From assembly GCA_002633005.1 (NCBI GenBank), contig NMRA01000190.1, forward strand, positions 483,926 through 547,925: DNA of 64,000 bases. Direction: 5' to 3'. This DNA is from Phoronis australis (lineage: Eukaryota; Animalia; Phoronida). The notes under the pieces were generated by a model. The model ran no database searches. It was not told the DNA's origin and saw nothing but the letters and a program-made list of their open reading frames with translations. Shown piece by piece: positions 13,410 to 27,924 of the stretch (the first letter of the stretch is position 1; every line of letters starts with the position of its first letter). Made by a program: the position numbers and the translations under genes.

Positions 13410-14263
13410 CATAGGCGGATTGAGTGGGGGGCCAGGGGACCCCCCTTGGCTGCCGCAAAAAAATAAAACAGCGTAGGGAAATGTTGAGTTTATTAATAAA
13501 CCCCGGTAATTAAAATTATACGGATGAAAAAAGATTTAAATGTGTGCAGTTCAAGTGTTGGGGGGGGGGCTCAAATCCAATTTCAAGTGTCAAATTCGGA
13601 ACACGGCGCATTCGTAACGGAACTATGGTTAAGTACATAGGCTCTCCCGCGATATCCCAGGCGACCGGCAGAGGCGCTGCGCACTACGACTCCGTTTCTG
13701 TCGTCTGCTCCACTGTACAATGAAGAAAATTTACTTCCTTTTTTAAAGAAAATGGAACCTGTGTGACGATGAAAAAACAGAAGCTGTTGGTAAGATGTGA
13801 ATTTTAATCGAAGTCTTAGTGAATCACTCAGAAACTCGCAATACTCTCTTTGTCAAACCTTATCTTAAGACGATTTCCAAAGCAATGCCGTCATTATTGC
13901 CAACACGAAAAACGGATTTGGTCTTTTGGGCATCTGAAGACTATTTTAAATACGACAAATTTGTTAAGAATTGATGGCGTAAAATATGAAACGTGTAATA
14001 ATCATTACAAAAAGAAGTAGGTTTCGCGCGCAAACGTTGTGGACCATAAACATGTAGGTCTCTTAGTATGTGAGATGTAGTTAAATCGTGGTGGTGTAGT
14101 GGTAACGCGCGCGCGCGCTCTATCCGCCAGGTCGTGAGTTCGAGTCTTTGGTACTTGCAGATTTTCCTGTTTGACACGTTCTCCGTGTACTGCCAAATGG
14201 AATCTGGGAAAATTTTAGGGGGGGGGGGCATGGTCCTTTTGGCCCCCCTTAAATCCACCACTG
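13410..14263. mobile_element. Degenerate MITE with G/C-rich terminal inverted repeats
   Basis: TAGGCGGATTGAGTGGGGGGCC ... GGCCCCCCTTAAATCCACCACTG are imperfect inverted termini; the interior is CpG-rich. Confidence 0.5.
14086..14190 (+). mobile_element. tRNA-derived SINE-like head nested in the MITE
   Basis: A box TGGTGTAGTGG (14092) and B box GAGTTCGAGTC (14136); no cloverleaf. Confidence 0.55.
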
Positions 14264-17200
14264 GAATGGGCAGCACTTTTCAATGTGAATGCACATAGGA
14301 CTTCTGTAGCCCAAGTACATCTTTCTTGGAAGCCCTTTGAAACGTGTTTGAGTAAAGACATTTTTTGTTAATTGCAAGTTTTTGTAAAACTAAGCAATGC
14401 AAAAAGTCGCATAGTTGTCTTACTGTTTTATGTTCTTGGAAACCATTTAGAACTTATTCAAGTGAATGGAAACCATTTAAAACTTTTTCAAGTGGAGTTG
14501 AAATTGATGGATTACAGGAGTTGTTTGTTGAATTACAAGGTTTTGTAAAAAATAAAAAATACGAACGTCGCATGTTTGTCTCATTACTGCTATGGTTTCT
14601 TGTTGTTTTAGGGTTGCAATTTGACATTGTGCTGTCGGATTGTGCTAACTGCATTCAAGTTGGTTTTGTTTAGGTCACAAATGAATAACATATAATGCTT
14701 ACAGTATTGCATTTTACAACAAATTAACTCTAAAATTTCTATTTCATTATTATATGGTTTGTACTAAGACTGAAATGGTACAATGGTAGATAAACAGGAT
14801 TGAAAACGAGTCTGATATTTTTTAAAAGGTGTGCAGTTCGCTCAAGAATGCTACTCTCAAAGAACCAACCGTGATGTGTGTGGCCTAGTGAACTAGTTCT
14901 TTCTTCGGGATGTTAATTTTTGTCTTTTGAAATACTGATTTCTTATTTTCTTCTTATCCTGAATGGGAGCTCCCAGTTGTGTGACCATCAAGGGTTGACC
15001 TCTGGCATTGGTGGTCACATGGGACTGGTTATTGGTAGGAATTTCAAAATCACAATGTTTCTAAAATTTCTATAAACCAGGGATCCATTCAAGATGTGAA
15101 CTTTGGATTTATACAGTTTTGTCGATAAGGTCCTACTGTACATAAACAAAGGTTCCACCACAAAACATAAATCAAAGCAGTGGTCTTAAAAAGGTGGTGC
15201 TGTTATGTATTTACGTAAAAAATTTCTATGTCTTTTCACCGATTCTCTCATCCAGCCTACAAGGAACATCTCTGGGTCAAGAACTTTAAAAAAAAAATTG
15301 GATCGAAATTTGAAGTTTCAGGTTGAAGTCAGGAACTTTGTACTAAAAAAGCTAAAATCATTGCTAGGGGTGCTGTTTTCAAATTTTCATCTGATTCTCG
15401 GTTGAAATTTTTCCTTTTAAATTTTTTATGAACAGCCAGATTAGGTACAAATATTTGCAATGAAACTCAAATTTCACTTCTATCATCTTCAGATTCATTG
15501 GATAGCTCCGTTATTTCTATCAAGCTAATAATTCTAGCGAATCAGGTCATGGGAACACGTAAACATGAGTCTCATTTCTGTCTCACAAACATTGGCTGCA
15601 GACAAAAGTGTTAGGGTAGGCCGTTTTAAGCTGTGCTATAGGCGCACTTGCAGTGGCAGGACAACTAATGAAGGAGGAAAAGAACCTGTCACTGAGGAAG
15701 GTGTGTTGTAGAGTGAATAAGGTGAATATACGTCTGGATAAACCACAGACAATAATCGAAAAAATTGTCTGGTTTATCCAATCATTGAATAATTCACCTT
15801 CATAAGTTGGAAGATTTTTTTTAAATTGTCACCTGTTATGATGATGCACACTAACAATTGGCACAAACGCCTGTACAAATTTTTATTCTATTCAACAAAG
15901 TTATGCTTAGTAAAATATGTCTTTTTCACTTTTTAGGAAGAAAATCATATCCATAATTGCGTGCGATAGTTTTGGATGTGATTGACATCGTGGTATAGCA
16001 GTGTTCTGTTATTTATTACATGTGCGTTGTTTGGGTGAAACATTAGTCTGGCTTCGATTGATTCATTGCAAACTAGAAGCAAATTGTACTGTTTGGGGAT
16101 AACTGAAAATTTTCAACAACCTGTCCAAAACATGATATTCAATTTAAAATCTTGAAGGTTTTTAAAATTTCAAACTGTAATCCGTTTGCAGTTTTCCAAG
16201 TCAAAAATTGCTTTGAAGCTGGGTTTACTGAGTTTGATTTCAGGTTAAATTGCATTGATTGACATGATCCACGTCGAAATTGCAAAACCCAGGTCTAATT
16301 TCTCAACTCAGCAGTTATGCCAAACCATGTTGTCTTTGAAAAATGGACACATGATTGTGTTCATAGTTGATTTTGTGCAAAATATTTGAACACTTAGCAA
16401 CACTATTTGTCTTTGGTGCCTGCTTAGTACAATTCTGGAACTGCGGTTCATGTATTATGCTAGACACTGTATTTGATTGATGGCAGAAATTTCACAAAAA
16501 AGTTTTCAGTTGAGTAATTTTTTAAGATGTCACCAATTTTTGTTTGAACAATATTGCATTTTTTTTTTGCTGTGATGCACCTTGTAGTGAAAAAATGAAT
16601 AAAAAATTTACTTGTCGACCATGTTGCCTCCTAATTTGTTGAGACATTACCATTTAAAGTTGGTGATATTTAGCAAACGCAAAGAATATGAAGTAGTTGG
16701 TTATTCAGGTTATGGCAGTTCTTGTCGACAAGTGTGTTTATTTAGGCAAATATCAACTCGATTTTAACTCGGTGAAAGTACTTATTTTTGAACAATAACT
16801 TGACCATCTCATTTGATATAAATGAAATCTATTGTAGTTTTCTAAATTGTCGTTTAATTTTTGTTGTATGGAACTTTCGACTGATACATGCTAAAATCCT
16901 AGACCCTCAAACAAAAGTGAAACATTTTAAAACAATTCCTGACAGTCTGTTGAATAACAATGCACAAAGCATAATATTTGAAAGTTTCTATGAATTTCAT
17001 CAGCCATTGCTGAGGTATGAAGTTAGCCAAGTTAGGAGATTTTTCGAGGCTCCTACTTAACCCTACCTGCCTGGTTTGTTACGTAGACAAAAATATTTTT
17101 CTTGTTACGTGGAGTACATACTTACAGGTTAGGTCACTTATTATTCTGCAGAACAGTGGGAAAATATGCCATTAATTTATGAAAATCTCACCAGAGGTCC

Positions 17201-20200
17201 TTAGCTGCTTGATGATTTTACTACTGTTGAACCATTGTCCTATTATTCTACTGGCAAATGAATTGATGTTGGATCAACTGAATACAGATGGTTAGGTTTT
17301 GTAACATTGTATTTAGTTGAAATATGTCACTATTTTTATATCAAATTAATATTAATACTGATTTGTTATCTGAAGTAATGTTAGACCAGGTGATAATACA
17401 ATTTTACACATTGCTAATGCAAAAGTGCTGTTGACTTGTTTAGTTCTCCATTTTTAAGTTTTCTTGAAAATAAGATGTCATGGTTGACTAAACTACCACT
17501 GGGTCGAGAATTTCGACCTGGCTTTCGAGCAGTTTTGGGCGGGGAACTGAAAAATGTCAGAATTGTGATAATTATCCACAAATATTACAGCTGCATAAGG
17601 TTTCCATTGGTCTCATTGACGACAGACAACTGCATGCACAGTAAATTGTAGAATCTCGCTATTCCATTGTGTGTCCATTTGTCATTGCTGTAATACAAAG
17701 GAAATGAGGGCTGACTTAATTTTGTCACATTGTACCAAATTTTTAAGGGACAATAATGCAGTCTTTTTCAAGGAAAGTTAGAGTTAATTGTAAGATAATT
17801 ATTCTACGTTCACTATACAGTTCTTGTAAACATCAAAGAAAATAATGCAGAAACTTTCCAGGGCTGTGATTCCATCAATTAAACAGAGAAAATATTGTGA
17901 TTTCAATGATAGTGGGGCGTAGTTATATATGTTGGTCAATTTTTTGGCAATTCTTTTCTTAAATTGTCGTATAAAACAATACGATAGCAATACAGCTGGT
18001 CATACACACTTACTCTTGACATCACACTTTAAGTTTGAAAAATTATTGGTATTGTATTGATGAAAATCAACTGAAAATATTGGAAACATACTCCTAAAGC
18101 CTTCAGGAGCATCTCGATCCGTTCTTGAGTAATGGTGGAATGATTTGAATGGTGGGACAGGTGGAGCTTCCTGCTGTTGCTCTCACAGAATTTGATCGAT
18201 AGTAGTGTTCCAAGCAGTAGATTTACTGGTCAAGATTTCAGAGCAAACAAAATATGCCAAAACTACCTAAAATTATGTCAACATTCTCCTGCCAGGGCTC
18301 ACGATTTGACAAGACACATGAAGCAGGGTGCTAAACTTTGGTCAAAGCCAAATCACAAATGTTATTTTCCTATGGTAAATGTTCCTTCTGACCAATATTC
18401 CTTCATTTGTCATTGAACTACAGTGAATGATGCTATATTGAGCTGAAATTTCCATCATGAAACTAGGATACATTTTATCTATGCAGACTGGTGAGCGGAA
18501 CAATCCATTTTACATGTTGAAGCTGGCTGATGGCTAATTTCGTGGTGGGCTCAGCTATTTATGCTCATTTGACATGGACGCCAGTTTTCATTAAAAACAA
18601 CCCAACTGCTATGAGAAGTCATTTAGTAGCTCTGTAAATAGTCTACTTACATAATTCTTGCCCAGTTCACCTGCTTTTCATTAAAGGCTGCAGTTTTTGC
18701 TCCAAGTCTATTTATAAATTGAGTACTTTCAGGTTGTGTACCTGTATTCCGACTGTTACTTGTTCAAAGCCTGGTCCATTCCAGTAAACTGTTGATTTGT
18801 TATTGCAAGAGATTGAAATAATAATAACAATATATAAATAGTTATGGTAAAAGTTATCTGTGCAAGGTGATTTCTTGAAGATGCGATCATACTTGCTATG
18901 TTATTTACGCATCCTCTGTTGTCGTTTGTTCTTGTAACAGTCTGGTTTGTTTTTAACTTATCCCCTCGTTTTCTGCAGTTGTGTGATATTGGAGAAATCT
19001 CTGTCATTACCATAATAATCATCAGAATTAGCAAAAATTCTCCTGGGACAACAGAACTTTGTAATTGGCTGTTAGCTTGTATGATTTCTTAGCACAGTGA
19101 TATTGCCTGGTGGGATTAAAATACTGAGTTGACATACAGCAGGAATGTCGGGAAAGTTACTGCTGTGTGCAGTAAAGTGACTGAAAATGGTCTTATTGTG
19201 CCGCAAAGTTATAACTTAGCGCACAATGTGGCCAACTGATGCATTTTATTTTGAAATTTTCAACAAAAATAAAGAAGTAAGGAAAGTTTTGTCTGTATAC
19301 CATAATTACCTTAGTTTGTAGATGTGCTATGACAGTTCAAACTTTGCAGTTTGAATTATTTGCAGCGAGGTCATCATCCTTTGAAAAACACCAAAATGAC
19401 AAAGAAAATTGCCAAACATTTTTTTGCGAAGAACCATCGTTATTTTCATAAATGCAGTCAATGATGACCAGGTTAATTGTAGAAACGGTTTCTGTTACAA
19501 TATAAAATGTTTTTCTGTGGCTGCTGTTCTTTTTCAGTGATTTTGCCTATAGTTTCAAGTCAACCCATAGGTATTTTGACTTCGAAGTCCCTTCACAAAC
19601 AAAAACAGGACGAGATCTTAGTAATTTAGTGAGTGATGTCTGTCAAAGATATTTCATTCCCAAACCTATCGTCAGCTTTACATATACGTTCCCAAATACA
19701 CTGATTGAGGATTTAGTTACAATACTTGCCTGTTCTTGACAGTTTTGACATCGTGGGAGATCTACATTTCAATGGCATCGTCAGACCACGGAACGATACG
19801 CTATCCAACTGCCTAACGAGAGTTGAGGTTTATGTTTTCTAGCTTTTTTTAAGAAGTTTCTCTTGAGTGCTCGCCTATCTAATTGCTATTAATGCAGGTT
19901 GTTCTTTAACTGACTTCAACTCAAACAAGACTAATTCGAGATCCAAGTTTGATATGTAACACAGGTATATACCCGGGCTAGGCTATTTATTGTAACCAAA
20001 ATCTTTCACTGACCTTTGTTAAGTATTTTTTCACCTGAAATCTTGATTACTCTACCTGGTAAGTGCCTGCCTTAAGATAATTGGCTACCATAGTTACCAA
20101 GGATCAGATTTCTTTAATAACTTTTTTAAGTATTAATTTCCCATAAAACTATAGTTTTAAAATGTTTGATGATCACAAAAATAAATCCCAGTTGTTCGTA

Positions 20201-20417
20201 TTCTTGTGTCTGTTTTTTTTTTCCTAAAAAATTATGTTTCACAGAGACTACCATTATTTCAACAAATATGAATTTTATTGTAACATTTTAATAATTACAC
20301 CCTATTTTCTAAGTTTTTTCAACATTAATTGGCTTTGGGAAATGTAGGTCATAAAACTTGTCAGAGAAAGGGTTAATCCTATATTTTATTCCTATATTTA
20401 ATACTTGTGTTACGTAC

Positions 20418-20428
20418 CTGGTATCCAT
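20418..20428 (-). CDS. Sh: Candidate alternative Kv1 first coding exon (MDT-R)
   Basis: GTCATGG start, CAG|GTACGT donor, phase 2. Confidence 0.35.
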
Positions 20429-21131
20429 GACAGTTGTTTCGTTAACTGATTTTAGTGCTGGTTACGACACGGCCAGTTGGCACTAAATATTAACAGTACT
20501 ACACTACTGTGGGCAAGTGGAATTACTATGTTTGTCCCTGTTAACGCCCAGGTAGGGAGGGGTTCATCCACGATTTTAAAACTAGGGCTTCCAATATGAG
20601 TTTCTTAATTTCTCAGGGCTTCTATGACCAATATTCTCAACAATCTAATAAGCTCCGGGAGCTGCTGTTAGGAAATTAAAGAGATAACATAGATACTTAT
20701 GTGACATCCTAATGCTGAACAAGGTTTCCAAATGCTGAGCAAGACATCCAAAGGGATGTGCTAGATAAGATGTCTAAATTTTAGTCAAGGTTTTTATTTG
20801 GTGCCTGCTGAATGAAGGCCTGCACCCAGGCACTGGCAAATAAGAGAACTCAATTCCAGGTGGTGAGATGAGCGTTATTAAGGACACTTGTCCTTTCATG
20901 GAGGTCTTGATTGTATCAAATGGAGTTTTGCATTTCATGTCACACATGGAGTCTACTGTTTTCAAGGCTTGTGCATTAACAGTCGGGGTGGTCTTCAACT
21001 TCACAGCTCGTGAGTGTCAGCAAGAAGTTTTGAATCTAAATAAAGGTGTGATAATCTGTCTAATTAAAAGATTTCTGTGCTAAATTGTTTAATGCAGGTG
21101 GGGATGTTAATTGCGTGCGAATCTCACTCAC

Positions 21132-21160
21132 CAACACCAACCGCTAAAGTGACTTAGCAT
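21132..21160 (-). CDS. Sh: Candidate alternative Kv1 first coding exon (MLSHFSGWC-W)
   Basis: AATATG start, TTG|GTGAGT donor, phase 2. Confidence 0.4.
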
Positions 21161-22042
21161 ATTGCGTTACTATTAGGGCAACTATATCACTGTTTATATG
21201 AGGGAGTCTCAAAGACAAAATATTGCATGACACAATTCATTGCTCTTAAGTTATTTCCTAACACTTAGCCATGGACACCCATTCTAGTTAATAGGCAACA
21301 TGCTCTGGTTAGAGGCTTATGCTCCATTTCTTCCCCGAGCTGGAATAGATCAGCTGGGCCACGACAAAAATAATTCATCATATTATACAGATTCTAGATA
21401 ACAAGCTGTCAGTTTTCCAGTTCACCTCATTCTGCCAAAACAGCCTACACCTAGGTGAGGGCTCAACAGGTTTTTGCAATTCTGAATTCCTTAACAGTTG
21501 TAAGTCACACCCCCTGTGTAGAAGCAAAAATATTTCTGGAGAAGAGACTTGAGATAACTTAAGGCTATTTTCACACTAAATAATAGCTACTGTTGGCTCC
21601 GGGTTTTTTATTATCTTCAGATTGGCTTTAAATTTGGTGATAAAATTATCATTTTAAGTGCGATTCTCAACCTCATTATTTGTCACAGAAGTACGGTAAA
21701 CATCTCTCTGTTTGGTACACAATATAGTGAAATATCATTTTGTCAAATCTCAACAAAAAATAACTTTTCAAGAAAATTTACTTTGCTATTAGCATGGTTT
21801 GTATGTTGTTGCTATTACCACACAACATTTGGTAAAATTTTGTTCATTTGCAATAATGTGGTAAGCCTCTGAAAAATAAAAATATCGTAATTTTAGCAAA
21901 TGAATTCTTTGTGTCCAAACTGAAGATCTGTTCCGATAGTTTAATCTGTGTCGGGTACCCTTGTATTATTACTTAACGAAAATTTTCCGTAGCAAACTAT
22001 GGTTGTACAGAAGACTGGTAATTGAAAACATTATGTTCTTAC

Positions 22043-22401
22043 CTGTCATGTGGTCCTGTTGTAGAGTAGGATGGTGTACTTGGCAAGTCATCATCCTCTG
22101 GAATAGCAATGTTAGGGTTGTTTAGGCTCCACTCCTTCAGCTCTATGTTGTTGCTGGACATTTTATCTATTTGTTCATCCTGCTGTATAGGCTGGTACAT
22201 ACTCCCCACAACTACGCTATCACTGGCTGACCGTTGACGCTGCTTGGCAGGTTTGATCCCTGCCCCAGACGCTTGGGGCCCTGCCCCCGTGCTATTTGCC
22301 CGGGGGCCACTGACTGAACCTCCGTGTCTCTGTCGCCGTAGTTTCTTTGCGATGAGTCTACGCTCATGAACCAGTGCTTCTCTTGTTTCCGCGTCACGAA
22401 A
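22043..22401 (-). CDS. Sh: Alternative Kv1 N-terminal exon (FRDAETREALVHERRLIAKKLRRQR...STTGPHD-R), antisense within a SNRNP70 intron
   Basis: 359 nt fully open (119 codons + AG). Acceptor TTTTAATTTTGTCTTACAG, donor CAG|GTAAGA, GC-richer than flanks. Phase 0 in and phase 2 out, matching the internal acceptor at 10711. Confidence 0.8.
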
Positions 22402-25400
22402 CTGTAAGACAAAATTAAAACTTCCGTCACTTCAGAATCAGAACATGTCACTTTCGTGTGAAAGAAAGGCAAATTCCAAGTACAAGCTGTGTCTAAGTTG
22501 TTGGTGACTCGGAAAAACTCAGTCCGTGAACTAAGTTGAGTTTGCGTCAGTTAGGACTTATACACAGAAATCTATAGAAACCAACCACAATTCTTGACAT
22601 CTATAAAAATCAGATGTGCGTCTGTGGACGTGGTAGATGGCTGCTGCAGACACCTGTATCCTAACAATAACCTGTGAGCCAGCTCACCAATCGCATGCTG
22701 TTGTTGGCCAACCTTGCCTGTTTGCTTCAATGGTTGTTGGAATTGCGAAAGATCCGTTGGCATTTGGCGTAAAGAAGTAAGTTTGGTCCACATTCTGTTG
22801 GTATTTCTGGAACCATGAATATTGACGTGCCAGCACTTTGCATGCTCCCATGACGATAGGATGATATATGGGTCTTACCGTACATCTGGCTGAGATCATT
22901 TTCCACGGTTATGCCCTCTTGTTGTTGGGTCAAAAACCTCTGCTGGACCGGAGAACTCATGCACAAATATTACTGCGTAATGTCCCTGTAATCTAGCCTC
23001 CTAAGGCAACGTTCAGCTCGCCCAATGCTTTTCCAACGGCGAGTTGAATCCCCTGGCTTAAGAGCTGCATCATACTCAAGGCACAGTGAAAGATGTATTG
23101 GCAAACATGGTGCTGGCTGTCTGGGTATTACCTGTGCCTAGTATGAGGTCATGTGTGCTGGAAATCTATCGTCAGCTGAGGTATCTGTGTGTATAGAAAT
23201 ACAGTCAGACCTGTCCGAGGAATTAAATAGATACACTGTTTCTGAGTCTGTTGGTAGGCTGCTCGGAGGGCTGTGTTGCTGTTACCATTTTGGATTATCG
23301 ATTTGACAAATCCATATGGCAATACACAGAGGAACTGGCTAACCTCCACAAACAAGTTCTGAGAAGTCTTTAAAAGGCATGCTCCACTGGTTCAACAAAC
23401 CTCTGGCTCAATTAATTGATGACTTATATTGCTTATTTTTCCACCAGGAGGGGTGGCTTTTCTCTGAACCTCTGAAACCATGCCAAACAGGACAAGTATA
23501 TTCCAATTTTTGCTTTGGTGTGTATGAAATGGACGACATTGAAACTTATTTGTTGTTGTAAGTTTCTAGATTTTAAGTGAAAAGAAGGTTTTAAGTATTT
23601 CAGATGTTATGTGGATTTTCCTTTTCATTTCTCAGTTTTAGGAACTTAAAACTGAAAGAAAGTTCACGCGATGTTTAATTACCGTGTAATGGTAATCTGA
23701 TTTACGTATTTGTACATCTATGCTGGCTTGATTTCCTCTAAGAATATGCCAGCATTGCTTTCAGTTGAGCAGAGGCTTTCATTGACCACTTACTCCAGTG
23801 GGAATCATGAAGGCAGCAAGCAGAGCAAGGCCAACAGCACAGTGTCTATATCCCATATCTCTCTTGTCATCACACGCCCACACTCCATCTGTATAAATAC
23901 ATGACCACCTTTGGCTCTCACTCCTCCATGTCTAGAGCTATCACACCCAGATAAAGTTTGCCAGCAGCTAAAATGATACACTTGTGACACTGTCCACGAC
24001 AGTTGTGTTCCCAACTCTGGAGAGGCTTGAATGGCAGAAGGCAGTTGGCCCCCGTTGTACAGTTCTGCTCTTAAGAACCAGAACGCTGTTTTGAATAATA
24101 TTGATGATATTAGAGAAAATCTGGTGCTGAAAAATCGCGTACATGGCTAATGCGCTGGTATTATACTAATTTTCACTAATGTTCTTGCGCACTGAAAGGG
24201 ATGAGACCATTTCATATGTGTGTTTAATGAGAAATTTATGGGATCAATGGAGCCGCAAAGGCCCCAACATCTGTATAGCCGCAGTGTTTTTTGTGACATC
24301 ATTGTTTTTAGATGTGGGAGTACAGCATCTGTTATTAGTTGTGAGACCCTCACTAACAGAAAAAGTGAAGAACACTGTCCTCCTATTTGTTTGTACTTAG
24401 GCACTGTGTGTAAAAATAGCAACGGATCGACTAATTGGATGTGACAGAACGCCACACACTATCCATACTGGAAAATGTGTTTGTTTCAATTGTCTTTGCA
24501 TTTTTGCTTAATGAAATTTCATATATGCAAACTTAGGGATTAGTTATAGTCATTAACAGTGCTTTCGTAAAAAGTATGTTAGTTTTTGTAGCGAGCTGTA
24601 TTTCTTCAAGGATTTCAGACTTAACATGCGATAAGAAGTTATGGATTATAACTAGTTAATCCTTTTAGTTCACTAAGCAAAACTAGTGAGTCATCAGTTA
24701 ATTGGGTTTATGAAGACATGATATGTGAGGAAATCAATAATTAAACCATCATTTGCAACATTCACAACATTGCAAAAGTTTTTACTTTGGAGCTATTAGA
24801 AACTATTTCAGTTCTGTACCAGGGACTGTGTTCTAATCTTTGTACTCACAGTTGAACTCAAAATCATGTTCGACATTTTCTGTTCTATTTTGATGCGAAC
24901 TCAAATTTAAGTGGCTTTTTGTCTGTGCTCGTGTACATTGTGGTTCCTTTGTATGAATTTTTAGTGCAATTTTCCACTTGGTGACCTCTATATTTATTCT
25001 ACAAACTAGTAAAAACTCGAGATTTTGTACTTGTGAATTTAATAACAGACACTTGTCATGAGTTCACTCAAAGGTAACAAAAGTGCCAATAAAAATTTCA
25101 AGTTGATTTCCAAATAAAAGATAAGACCCCGGGCCCAGATACAGTTCCATGTGTTGTGAGCTTGTATATGCATCGAAGGTGTCTCAACATCTCTAACCTG
25201 TCTCATTCACACCCTCTGTAACCAGTTGAATACACCCCCTTCAGTTTTGTTCGACAATTACACTAAGGTCTTTTCGTGGTTGCATGAATTTTTTATCGAA
25301 ATTCCAACATTTAATGGACAAATTTGTTAACCTGCAACCAAGGTAAACATTCACTTTTTAACACTAGATGATTGTTTATATTACAGCAGAACCCTGTACT

Positions 25401-26798
25401 GTCAATTAACAACTCCACGCTAACTGGTTAATACTCCGTGTGATTCAGGTGAATAAGATTAGAATGGTGCAGGCAGCCAACACTGGAATAAACGGAAATT
25501 AGACTTCAATGTCCAACTGTTTACATAACAGTTGGTTACACAACATCTAAAACTTGCCTTCACTCTCGAGATTCTCATCCTCTTTTAAATAAGTGACTCC
25601 TTTTCATTAGTTTTTGCGTTTATATAAAACCAAACAATCGCATATTAATTGAGATACAGCCACTTTAAAGTTGAAGTATCAAAATGTTTGCATACCATGA
25701 GAAGTGATGGGCTACTTCAGGCTACTCCTTAACATTGCCTCTTCCACTCACCTCCATTGGTCTGCTTTAAGAAATTTCTTGTAACCAGTCTCTTGAGTGG
25801 TCTCCTTTCCACAAATGTACTTAAGCGTTTAAATTATTTTCTTTACAACACCATTGCAGTGGCCAAACACACCAGGCTTTCAATAGTGCTTTTAAGCTTG
25901 TGACTTGGCCACCTTTGTTGTTGCCAGTTGAAGGAAAATAAACAGGTCTCAATTCAGCTATTTAGACTGACCATTGTCTATAGCTATGTACCTCTTCATG
26001 CTGTAGGGCTACTGTGCATATTTAATTTTCCCTAAAAGTAAGGGGGGTTTCTTTTATTGACTAGTTGGTTGTTAAGGTGCATATAATAGAATAGAGTCCC
26101 TTGAATTCAGCAACCTGGCTAGAGGGCAGTGGCTTGAGCTGTTTATGTTACTGAAATATGTATTTACATAAATAAACCAGCACTCATTGTCTTAAAAAGT
26201 AATTCATTGTTATTTAGTATAGACTCGGTACACTGTCTCTCGTGTTTGTTATATTTGATCTGTTAAAGCTCTACAGGGACATTTCGGAGGTTTAACTCAA
26301 AACTTAAATAAAATGACTGCAATAAAATATCTAATGAGTGAAACGATCGTTAAATTAGAACTGCCATGCTTAATTTTAAGCGCAAAGTTGTCTTACTGAA
26401 AAAGGAAAGGCACATTAATAGCAAAACAACAGTATCTACAGCATGATCTATTTTATAGGATATAAATGTTCTGGATGAAATCTCAAAATCACTGTTATTG
26501 TTTTCTTAAATATTTCCTTTTCATTTTATGCAACTTTAGAGGTTTTTCATGAAAATCATGAAAGTCCTATTTTTTGATAGCCCCTCAAGTGGAAAATCAT
26601 AAATGTACTAAAGAAATGAACTGTGTAAAAGTATGTATTTTCTGAAATTATAAAACTGCTTAAGCCTGATTTTAAACTTTACATCAATCTGCCTATAATT
26701 ATATCGCATGACCATGTCTTATAGTAAAATTTATTTGAAAAATGTCACAATGAAACAATGGTAACAATAACGTGGCCAAATTTCATTTGATATAAATG

Positions 26799-27297
26799 CA
26801 GGGCTTGGAATTTTCCGCGGAAACGCGGATTTCCGCTTTTTTCAAATGTTCTGTCCGAGTATTTCATTATATTTCCGCGTAAAAAATCGGATTTGATATA
26901 AAATTACCGCGGCAAATTTCTTTCTTACCGCCGCGTTAACGACTTTCACCTCGAAAAGCGGAAGTTGCTCTTTATGTTTCGGAGGAACGTAAATTGTCAA
27001 CATTGCCGGGGCATCTGGGATAACGTGGTGAATTTCCTCAATGGCGCTCGTGTGATTTTAAACCGCGGTGACAAATACTACGAGTCTGCAGCCAAAAATG
27101 TGTGGGGGGTGGGAGCGGACGGACGAGCTAGGACAGACTCAGACGCACGCTTCTGGAGGTGGTACCGTTTTTTTTTTTTAGTCCTCTCGATTTTTTGTCG
27201 GCAAATGGTCCACACGGACTTTTTCAAGGCTGGCCGCGCGCATGTTTCGGGCCGTAAAAATTTTCGCGTTTTTCGCCATTTGTCATTCCAAGCTCTG
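26799..27297. mobile_element. hAT-type MITE, copy 1
   Basis: Termini CAGGGCTTGGAAT ... ATTCCAAGCTCTG with a perfect 8-bp target-site duplication TATAAATG (26791-26798 and 27298-27305). Confidence 0.92.
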
Positions 27298-27651
27298 TAT
27301 AAATGTTCAAGATGAAATCTCAAAAACACTAGTTACATTTAAATTCGATGATACTGTTTTTTTTTTCGTTATCCAACTTCTTAGTTTTTCAACGAAAGCA
27401 CAGAAGTCCTATTTTTGATAATCTCGTACAGAAGTAGAACATTTTAAAAACAAAACCTATCAGTGCTTTGGATAACATTGCTTTTAAGCATAGTATGTAA
27501 AAGTTTCATGTGAATCAGAAAACCCATTTCTGAGAAATGACATTTTGAATTTAGCCTATTTTGGACATGTTTTAAGGGTTGCACGTAATCATAAGCATGT
27601 CTGTTCATCTGATTTTCAGAAATCTGGAATTTAGAGAGGAAAAGTGTTTAT

Positions 27652-27924
27652 TTACCTTGTACTGTAATGTTCAGTGGACAGTCATTTACCTTGTACTGTA
27701 ATGTTCAGTGGACAATCACTTACCTTGTACTGTAATGTTCAGTGGGCAGTCATTTCCCTTGTACTGTAATGTTTAGTGGACAATCACTTACCGTGTACTA
27801 TAATGTTCAGTGGACAATCACGTACCTTGTACTGTAATGTTCAGTGGACAGTCACTTACCTTGTACTGTAATGTTAAGTGGACAATCATTTACCTTGCAC
27901 TGTAATGTTCAGTGGACAATCACT
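27652..27924. repeat. Minisatellite, 8 x 34 bp
   Basis: Unit TTACCTTGTACTGTAATGTTCAGTGGACA(A/G)TCA(C/T), period 34. Confidence 0.95.

Noticed and set aside
19310-19378. - strand exon-like segment with good acceptor and donor
   Set aside because: The frame compatible with Kv1 contains TAG; at most a non-coding or poison exon, with no further support.
27652-27924. CRISPR-like periodicity
   Set aside because: No unique spacers; an ordinary tandem repeat in eukaryotic DNA.
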